A DNA stretch of 49,441 nucleotides from Octopus sinensis (taxonomy: Eukaryota): contig NW_021834342.1 of the NCBI RefSeq assembly GCF_006345805.1, positions 1 through 49,441 of the forward strand, read 5' to 3'. Of the stretch, positions 10,937 through 19,955 are shown in pieces (positions within the stretch are counted from its first letter, which is position 1; every line of letters begins with the position of its first letter). Both the position numbers and the translations under genes were made by a program. The notes under the pieces were generated by a model that worked only from the letters and a program-made list of their open reading frames with translations, had not been told where the DNA came from and ran no database searches.

Positions 10937-12900
10937 ATGATATATCTCAACTTTGCCAAGGCCTTTGACAAAGTTGATCATGAGATGATTACTGTAAAAC
11001 TAGGAGAGTGGCTGTGAAGATAGAAGTTGGTGGTCTTTCTCTAGGAGACATCAATTCTCAATGGAGTCCCTCAAAAAACTGTACTTGCATCACAACTGTT
11101 TATGGTGACTCCCTCAGGCATGCCCTCAGCCATACAGTCAGGCACTCTCACCAGCTATGCTGATACAAAAATGACAGGCATCAAGGACCCTGATGACATA
11201 CTAAAACTGCAAAAAGACATGAATGCAATATGCAAGTAGGCTGAAGAAAATAACATGCAGTTCAGTGCTGAGAAGTTTCAAACATTCCACTATCAGCTCA
11301 CAAACAGACTATAATGAGAATACATCATCATCATCATTGTTCGACCGTGGTCGAGACAATGGAACTTACTATGTTACGCCAGACTTCACGGTCCATCATA
11401 GCATTACAGAGGTCCTGTTGCTGGATGCCTATATCCCTGGAGATTACATTAGGGTAGGAGAGTGTGCGCCCTCTGGTATTGCGAGTAGATGGCTTCCAGA
11501 GGAGAAGAGTAGAAATTACTTCTTTTTCAGCTCTACAACAATGTCCAGCAAACTGGACTCTCCTACCTTTCACAAGAGATGACACAGGTGGTAGTTTCCC
11601 ATATATTTGCATTTTGGTTGGATGGCGCTTCCACGAGAGATTTTGAGCTCTCATAAGGAGGCGAGTGTAGGTTCCATCCAACCGCCTCTCAAGCTTCTTT
11701 GATAACGTCCAGGTTTCTGAGCCATATAGTAGAATTGGTTCGACTGTGGCTTTGAATATTTCAAGTTTGAAGTCTCTACTTAGATTTAATGACCAGATCT
11801 TATGCATGTCATTACAGGCTGACCAGGCCATACCCTTTCTAGTTAGAAAGTCTTTTCCAGATGATGATATGTATGACCCAAGATATTTATAATCAGAAAC
11901 CATATTTAAAGGCGCACTGTTGAGAGTATGGATGATGCAATCACTGTTGGACAGGCACTTGTTTATGTAGATAGGTACAAGATGTTTGAAATCCTTAAGC
12001 TCTATGGGATACCAGACAAAATCATTTCTGCCATCAAGGTCCTCTACACAGATACGTCTTCAACCATCTTAACCCCTGATGGAGAAACATCATCTTTCTC
12101 AATCAAAGCCGGAATACTGCAGGGAGGCACACTCGCCCCATTTCTTTTCATCATTGTTGTTGATTATGTGCTACGTATGTCAGTTGATACCATCTCTGGC
12201 AAGGGCTTTGAAATAAAACCAAGAAGAAGTTCCAGACACCCAGCTGAGTACTTGACAGACACTGACTTTGCTGACGACATCGCTCTTATCAGTGATTCTC
12301 TCTCCAATGCCCAGTCTCTTTTACAATCTCTTGAACAAGCCTCAAATTGTGTAGGTCTCTACTCAATGAGGCCAAAACTGAATGAGAATACACAGGACCA
12401 GGGGGTAGTACAATCACAGCATAAGCATCAGTGTGTGAGCTAGGAATCCACAAGAGTAATGATACAACATTCCATATGCATATAACCAAGATTGCAACAC
12501 TGTGCAAGTGAGTAGCTGGATGGATTCTGAGATCATTCAGATGCAGGAAAAAGAATACCATGCTATTTCTATGGAGAACTTTCATTCTTAGTCATCTAGA
12601 TTACTGCTCCCAACTGTGTTCACTTCAGAGCATCAAACTAGTTGCAGAATTTGAAGTGATCTAGCACTATTATACAAAGAAGATTGACTCAGTGAAACAG
12701 ATGAACTAGTGGGAGAGGCTAAAGGAACTAGAGCTCTGCTCCCTAGAGAGATGTGTAAGATATGCAGTGATTATACATGTGGAAGATACTGGAAGATCTA
12801 GCTTCCAACTTTGGAACTGAAAGCTGTATCAACCACTGAACTGGTACTAAAGATCCTGTTTTCTCTATCTAGAATAAGAACCTACCACTGAAGCATTTCT
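10937..12900 (+). mobile_element. Old CR1/L2-like LINE RT relic, split by the RTE insertion at 11325-12380
   Basis: DIYLNFAKAFDKVDH and GVPQ before the insertion. The frame resumes after it as EYTGPGGSTIT..SVCELGIH...GWILRSF...HLDYCSQL. Right boundary approximate. Confidence 0.8.
11325..12380 (-). mobile_element. 5'-inverted RTE LINE insertion with 12-bp TSD
   Basis: 3' segment 11325-11969 on minus with (GAT)n tail (DYKYLGSY, LLYGSETW). Upstream RT segment 11967-12383 on plus (GILQGG, FADDIAL). TSD AATGAGAATACA at 11313-11324 and 12381-12392. Confidence 0.92.
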
Positions 12901-12939
12901 CTGTTGGCCATTGCTGGCAAGTGAAAATCATTCTCAAAT

Positions 12940-13380
12940 GACTGGAAAACATTTCAGGGCAGGTTTTATCAGAGAGTCGATGTGGCTTTAAATGAGAGAG
13001 ATCAACCATGGACATGATTTTCACATTGTGACAGCTATAGGAGAAAGTAGCAGAGCAACACCAACCCCTTTACATGGAGTTTGTGGACTTTTCCAAAGCA
13101 TTTGACATGGTGGATTGAGAAACACTTTGGAAACTGCTAGAAACTTATGGATGCAGATCTATACAGGAATGAAAGGACCAGTCTCAGTTGATGGAGAATT
13201 GAGTGAAGCATTTGCAGTGTTTGCATGGTGTGAAGCAGTGGTGCATGCTTGCCCTGCACTCTTCTCTCTCTACTTCACAGCTGTGCTTGACACCGTGAGG
13301 GTCAATCTGCACAACAGGGTTAAATAGCTTCACCTGCAGCAGATATCGTCATTGTTGTAGATCAAGAGCAGGCCTTGTGA
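12940..13380 (+). mobile_element. Degenerate RTE/BovB-like RT fragment
   Basis: STMDMIF...FVDFSKAFDMVD.ETLWKLL recoverable across frameshifts. Confidence 0.7.
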
Positions 13381-13444
13381 CCCACATATGAACCTGCTAG
13401 AAATGATTACTGAACAAGAACAGTCAATGTCAACCTACAACAGA

Positions 13445-13625
13445 CAGCCAATGACAATATATCTTTTACTTGTTAGTCACTGGGCTTTGGCCATGTTGGG
13501 ATATCACCTTGAAAGTTTTTTGAGAGAACTGACCCCAGTACTTCATTTTCTTAAAATCTAGCACTTATTCCATTGATCCCTTTTTGTCAAACCACTAAGT
13601 TACAGGGGAGTAAAAAAAACAACAG
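13445..13625 (-). mobile_element. SINE 3' fragment (same family as 32886-33283)
   Basis: Diverged match to the TCTTTTACTTGTTTCAGTCA...GCTAAGTTACGGGGAC segment. Confidence 0.7.
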
Positions 13626-13641
13626 TAATATATATATATAT

Positions 13642-13855
13642 GGCAGAAACGTTAGAGCCCCGGACGAAATGCTTAGCGGTATTTCGTCTGTCGTTACGTT
13701 CTGAGTTCAAATTCCGCCGGGGTTGACTTTGCCTTTCATCCTTTCGGGGTCGATAAATAAAGTACCAGTTTCGCACTGGGTCGATATAATCGACTTAATC
13801 CCTTTGTCTGTCCTTGTTTGTCCCCTCTATGTTTAGCCCCTTGTGGGCAATAAAG

Positions 13856-13860
<5 letters not shown>
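13642..13860 (+). mobile_element. tRNA-derived SINE with Nin-like central domain (octopus OK/OR-type), embedded in (TA)n
   Basis: B-box-like GAGTTCAAATTCC followed by GCCTTTCATCCTTTCGGGGTCGATAAATAAAGTACCAG; TA repeats on both sides. Confidence 0.85.
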
Positions 13861-13895
<35 letters not shown>

Positions 13896-14301
13896 CAGGC
13901 TTCAAATCTATTCACAATTAGTCAGCCTGGAGCTATAGTGGAAGACATCTGCCTAATCTACCACACAATGTACCCTGTGACGCTCAACATCCTAAGATTA
14001 GTCTACTTCATTTTATCCCATGTCTTGCTAGGTCTCTTTCCAAAGGTTCCATTCTCTGTAAGTGATCAGTACAACTGTTGCCTATACACAATTTTATGGA
14101 CACCACTTCATTTTCCTTCCTTTTTTTTTTTTAACTTGTACTCCTTTTGAACAAACATTTTGAAAACATGCATGATTGAAAATATGGAAAGTACAATTCT
14201 GAATATTTTTGTTAGTCTACATTGAAGGAGACAGCTGTATTATCACTTTGAACACACTCTACTAAACACTGCTTGCCAGAGTTGCAGAATACAATTGAGA
14301 C

Positions 14302-15605
14302 ATGAAGACAATTTGTAAGCTCGCTATGCTATAAAGTTTTGTGTTAAACTGGGCAAAAAAGCTACAGAAACTTATGAAATGTTCTAGACTGCTTATGAAT
14401 TTACTTGTATGAGCTGAGCATTTGGTTTTTGCAGGCACAAGTGGTTCAAGGACATTACAGAAGAGGTGATAGACAATGAGAGGTGTAGGAGGAAGAGGAA
14501 CATCAGAACATAAGAACTGGTTGAGAAAATTCATAATTTTCTGGATGAAGATTATTATGTCGTAATAATGATAAGCATGCAGTTTGAAGTTGGTGTGGCA
14601 ACTGTACACAAAATTATTCATGAAGATCTAAACACACACAAAATTTGTGCAAAGTTCCAAGGGTTTTGTGACGAACAGAATGAAAGATACATTGGTGACA
14701 GCAAGGAGATAGTTGAGCTCATTATCTCAAGGGTACTTGAGTTTCAGGTAACCAGTAACAAAAGCTCAATCTAGTTACTATCCAGATACCAAGAGACAGT
14801 GCCTAACAGAAGCATCCTGGTTTCCCCTGACCCAAGAAGGCCAAGTAACACATGTCCACCGAAAAGCTCACGATGGTCCCCTTTTTCAACAGCAAGGGCA
14901 TCATCTACAGCCACTTGGTGCCCTTTGTCAAGATGGTCAACAAATAGTACTTTGTGAAAGTTTTGATTGAGTTCAAGAAGACATTTCATCATAAAAGGCC
15001 AGAGCTCTTCCAGTAGGGTAGGTGGTATTTGCATCAGGATAATGCACCAGTCCACAATTCCATCTTGGTAACCAACAGAGACGGGTACCGTAACTCCCTA
15101 TAGTCCACATCTGGCATTCTTTCGATATAACTCGACACAATCAAAACATTTCACTTCGGGTATTTCCGTGGAAGTAAATGACAGTTCGATTCTATTTTCT
15201 GCTTGGAAATTTGCGGATTTTACATACACACATGAAACAGGTAAGAACAAATATGCAAGACATTGCTGGCATGATTTCGTTATATCTATACTCCACAACC
15301 CACGGAAATACCAGAAGTGAAATGTTTTGATTTTGTCAAGTTATATCGAAAGAATGCCCCAGACCTTGCACCCTGAAACTTTTGGTTGTACCCCAAGCTA
15401 TAAGAGATGAAGGAAGTTGTGACAAGGGACCTGGACTGGACACCTTCACTTTTGAGGCTTACCTGGGGCCTACCTTAAGTGGCTGAAGTGCTACAGCAAG
15501 TGCATTGAAGTCAGCGGATCTAATTTTGAAGATTAGTTTTAGACTTCATTGAAATTAATAAATGCCTTTCCAGAAAAGATATCAAAACTTTTGGAATGCA
15601 CCTTG
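14302..15605 (+). mobile_element. Decayed mariner relic interrupted by a MITE
   Basis: RYAIKFCVKLGK, VHKIIHEDL, LHQDNAPVH and split PYSPDLAP. A right-TIR-like end AAAACTTTTGGAATGCACCT lies near 15585-15603. Left TIR not found. Confidence 0.8.
15113..15358. mobile_element. MITE with 59-bp TIRs
   Basis: 15113-15171 and 15300-15358 are inverted copies with 3 mismatches. The element splits the mariner YSPDLAP codons. Confidence 0.85.
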
Positions 15606-16394
15606 TTCCTTTTGTTGGACAAGTTTCAAAATCAAGTTAATTTTATTAAACAAGGCAATCCGCTCCTTTTCTAATCTTGACAGACTACTTGGAGGGGGCA
15701 GTCCCAATTCCATGAGAAAGACTGCATTTAAACTCTTAATATTGCATTCTCAACCTTCCTTACTTTCAATACAATTTCAACTTGCTCCAAGTATTCAAAA
15801 GACACATTGTACAGTTCAAAATGTAAAAAAAAAATACAAAAGTCATCACGAAGGCAGTTGTTTAAGCCTTAAAATTCAAACAGTAATTTAAGTTACATAT
15901 CTGTGGATTCGTAAATAAAGATTCATTATTTTTCTCGTTAGATGCATCTTCCGAAGTTCACTCATATCCAAGATATAGCAGTTTTCTTCATCGGCGGGTA
16001 GCCCCTACCCTTGGAGAGTGTTGTGAGGATTGAAAAATAGGCTGACAAATCATTGTTTAATAAGATTAAGATAATTTTTAACTTTTAAAACTTGTCAGAC
16101 ACCATGACGAAAAATTATATGGAAGCAAACTATTTTTATCATCATTAATAACAAGGCGAATGACAAAATATTTTTCTTATGTTTAATTTTTTTTTGGGGG
16201 GGGGGGGTGCAAGAGCAGATTGAAATGATTAAGTTTGGTTTCTTTCATGTTTGAAAAACAAAAGCAGAAAACATACATGCATAAGGGAAAATGATGACAG
16301 AGAGAACCAAACTTTATTTACAAAAATATAAGGTATCTAATAGTTTGGTATGTCGAATAGCTATAAAGTACACCAATTAGGAATATCCTCTTAC

Positions 16395-16772
16395 CTCTCC
16401 ACCATGGCCATCAAATATACCATAAATTGAAGTCTGGGTATCATCCAGGTTGCTAATAAAGTTGTAGCGATCTTCCATATGAGAGCGGCGCCCTTGAATT
16501 GCATAAATGGCAATGTTGCCTTTCCGTAACTCCCATGACGCTTTAGTTTTCTTTTCCGTGACTTGTTTCTCACTTTCCTCGGGAATCTGATCGTAATATC
16601 CATTCCACTTTAGTTGTAATTTGATACGTGCCTTTTGAAAATATTTACGCAATGGTTCCACATGCAGTCGACCGGAATTATAAATAAGGAATAAGAGAAT
16701 ACACAAAATTAAAACTTCAGCACTAAAAACATAACGCCGCACAAAGCGACTTAAAGCAGCGATTAAAGTCAT
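16395..16772 (-). CDS. PPM1L: Protein phosphatase 1L (PP2C-epsilon), first coding exon (126 codons)
   Basis: N-terminal hydrophobic anchor (VLILCILLFLIY), then SWELRKGNIAIYAIQGRRSHMEDR and SIYGIFDGHGGE, collinear with vertebrate PPM1L. Phase-0 donor GAG|GTAAG at 16394; in-frame stop upstream of the ATG. Confidence 0.93.
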
Positions 16773-16900
16773 GTCGAATAATGACGATCATTAGGTTGAC
16801 ATGAATATCATACATAAATTGATCATCATAAACACAAAACTTTTTCTGGAGTGTAGTCCTTGTAAGCTAACAGTAAGTTGATATTGTTATCAAATGCAAT

Positions 16901-16911
16901 GCCACCATGTT
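16901..16911 (-). promoter_or_regulatory. YY1-like motif near the presumed PPM1L transcription start
   Basis: Minus strand AACATGGTGGC versus consensus AANATGGCGGC (1 mismatch), 130 bp upstream of the ATG in a TE-poor stretch. Confidence 0.3.
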
Positions 16912-17688
16912 GGGAAGCAATGCTCACAGATTTTCTGAAGATATATGGCCCGACTGTCATTGAAAAATAAAAAGGTAAATGCATAAGAAAAAATATCAAA
17001 GACGGAAAAAAAAACTATGCAAGGAAAACAGGAAGCTGAAGAAATGGTTTCTGGGAGTGTTGTTAGGTGTGCATTCGTATTCGTTATTAACTGAAATCAG
17101 ACAACAGATTAACAGAATAGTATCGTTCTACTGTGACTCTTTAATTTCTTTTGTATATTTTCATGTCACCTATGTAACTAGAATAGTGAGTACCCTATTG
17201 ACATTGGAAAAATATTCTCACATTTTTTTTATATAGAAATATCCCTGTTGCACAGGGATAAAATAACGAAACGCTGCTTTGTTATGGATTATGTGTATTC
17301 AGACGAATTTTTTTAAAAGAAATCTGGCATTCGTTTAGAATAGGGTCGGAAATTATCTAGTTTATGGTTCTTCAACCATAATTTTTTGGAAGTGTATATT
17401 TCAAGCACCGTAGATTCTGGGGTGAGGGAGAAAAGTGGGATATGAATTCCACCCCACCCAACTTAAAATGCGAAAAGCAGTTAATTGAGCAGATGCACAA
17501 AAATATGTGTAACTTCAACATGAATTTTTCGATTCGAAAACTTTTTTGAAATTTTGAAACTTAAAAAAACCAAACTTGGGCGAACGTAAAATGCATGCAC
17601 CCCCCCCCCACACACACACACACACTTTCAGGTTTTTTAAAAAAATTTCTTCAGATTCTTATGTTTTTTATATAGGAGAATACGATTT

Positions 17689-18309
17689 GGATCTTTACCT
17701 TTCGACCAACAGATTTTAAAAATATTTTTTTGTAACTAAACACTTTCAAACTTCGGACTCTGGTAGAATGTGTCATATAAAACATCTTTTACTCAGCGTT
17801 TTTGAGAAAAAGCTTATATGTAGGAAGTAATTTCACGTTAAAGTTCTCGTATTTCGGTAATTTCAACCAATCAATGTCGTGTATTCAGCTGGATAAAATT
17901 ACTACCGTTGTGTGTCAACAACAACTGTCGGCGGTGTATTTTTCGTTTGTCACTGTTATTTATGACATCGTTCGTGCGTTTGTACAGGTTTTAGTTTTAA
18001 GGTTTTAGGGTTAAGATTTTTAGGTTTAGGGTTGTCATAAATAACAGTGACAAACGAAATATACACCACCGGAAGTTGTTAACAAACAACGGCAGTAATT
18101 TTATTCAGCTGAATACACGACATTGATTGGTTGAAATTACCGAAATACTACGACTTTAACGTGAAATAACTTCGTAAATATAAGGTTTTCTCAAAAACGA
18201 TAAGAGTAAAATATGTTTTATATGACACATTCTACCAGTGTCCGAAGTTTGAAAGTATTTAGTTACAAAAAATTATTTTTTAAATCTGTCGGTCAAAAGG
18301 TAAAGATCC
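17689..18309. mobile_element. Fold-back MITE with ~280-bp inverted arms and a telomere-like spacer
   Basis: Termini GGATCTTTACC...GGTAAAGATCC. Arms 17689-17967 and 18033-18309; the spacer contains degenerate TTAGGG units. Confidence 0.85.
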
Positions 18310-18723
18310 CCTAACTCTAACCCTAACCCCAACCTTAACGCTAAACCTAACCCTAAAACAGATTGAAATGCAATAGATCGATACTAGGGTCATAATTATG
18401 GGTGGACACTAAAGAGGGAACGGTTTTGTTATCCAGCTCTGTTTACGAGTGACCCTCAGTTTATGGCCACAGGGTATCTTTTTTTCTCATAAATAACAGG
18501 GACAATTTCATATGACACCGCAAATTATTCACGTCATTGATTGGTTGAAATTGCCGAAATGCAAGAAATTAAACAACAAATAGCTTACAAACTACAGAAT
18601 TTTCTCAAGAAAGCCAAGAAAAAAAGATGTTTTATAAACACATTCTACCAGTATACGAAGTTTAAAAGTGTTTAGTTACAAAGAAATTATATTAAAAATC
18701 TGCCGGTCAAAGCGAAAAGATCC
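18310..18723. mobile_element. Right-half copy of a related fold-back MITE
   Basis: Begins with (CCCTAA)-like repeats and ends AAAAGATCC; homologous to the right arm of 17689-18309. Confidence 0.75.
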
Positions 18724-18846
18724 CATATTACATATATATTCGTTCAAGAAACAGATTGGGTTTCCTTAAATCCTTAAAAATATTTTAGCCCGAAGGTCGC
18801 GGCCATGCTGGGGCACATTTCTGAAGAAAAAAGATACCCTTCCCCC

Positions 18847-19245
18847 CACCCCTAACCCTAACTCTAACCCTAACCCTAAAACAGATTGAAATGCAATAGA
18901 TCGATACTAGGGTCATAATTATGGGTGAACACTAAAGAGGGAACGGTTTTGTTATCCAGCTCTGTTTACGAGTGACCCCTCAGTTTATGGCCACAGGGTA
19001 TCTTTTTTTCTCATAAATAACAGGGACAATTTCATATGACACCGCAAATTATTCACTCATTGATTGGTTGAAATTGCCGAAATGCAAGAAGTTAAACAAC
19101 AAATAGCTTACAAACTACAGAATTTTCTCAAGAAAGCCAAGAGAAAAAGATGTTTTATAAACACATTCTACCAGTATACGAAGTTTAAAAGTGTTTAGTT
19201 ACAAAGAAATTATTTTAAAATCTGCCGGTCGAAGCGAAAAGATCC
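18847..19245. mobile_element. Second right-half copy, a near-identical direct repeat of 18310-18723
   Basis: Same CCCTAA start and GATCC end, with few differences from the first half-copy. Confidence 0.8.
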
Positions 19246-19955
19246 GGAAAAAGTTACAGAGATTCAAAAATCGAAAAATTATGTATTTTTAACCAAGAGC
19301 GAGACAGACATTTTCGGCGTTTAGCGGGGCGGTATCAACTTGAAACATGTACCCTGTGAAATTTATGGTCTAGCGTCTGTGAAATGATCTCAACATGTAT
19401 CATCTTACTATTTCTTTTGTCTCTTCATTGATTGTATGTTTTTGTTAATTTTTAGAATTTGTTTACTATTTGCGTATTTCAGTATTATGTATACCTGCCA
19501 TGTATTTGTGTACATCATTAATATGTAAGTGCATGTGTGTGTGTGTGAAAAGGGGGCGTCCATCTCCAAAACTTCAAAGTTGAGTAACGTTTTCATATTT
19601 GGATTTGTAAACTACGATAAGAATAACACTCGTCAACAAAGAATTTGTCCTACAGAATAGAATACCTGTATCTTATATGTTTTTGCATGCAGAATTAAAA
19701 AATAATGTCAAGCTATCTGTACTAAGTTCACATATTCCATTCACCTTCATAATGCCAAGAAACTGTATTTACATCGCAAACAACTTTTGCTATATATGAA
19801 AAATATGTAAATATTAAGACGATTGACGAAAAAATCTATGATAAAATTCTAATTGACAACTATAAATTTTTATTAAAACAAAATACGCAGGTGAAGTAAA
19901 TCTCGTCGTGTGAAGAACCATCACAAGCAGATGAAACAATACAACGTGCGATTGT

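Noticed and set aside
13642-13720. tRNA gene
   Set aside because: The tRNA-like boxes are SINE heads, continuous with SINE body and tail.
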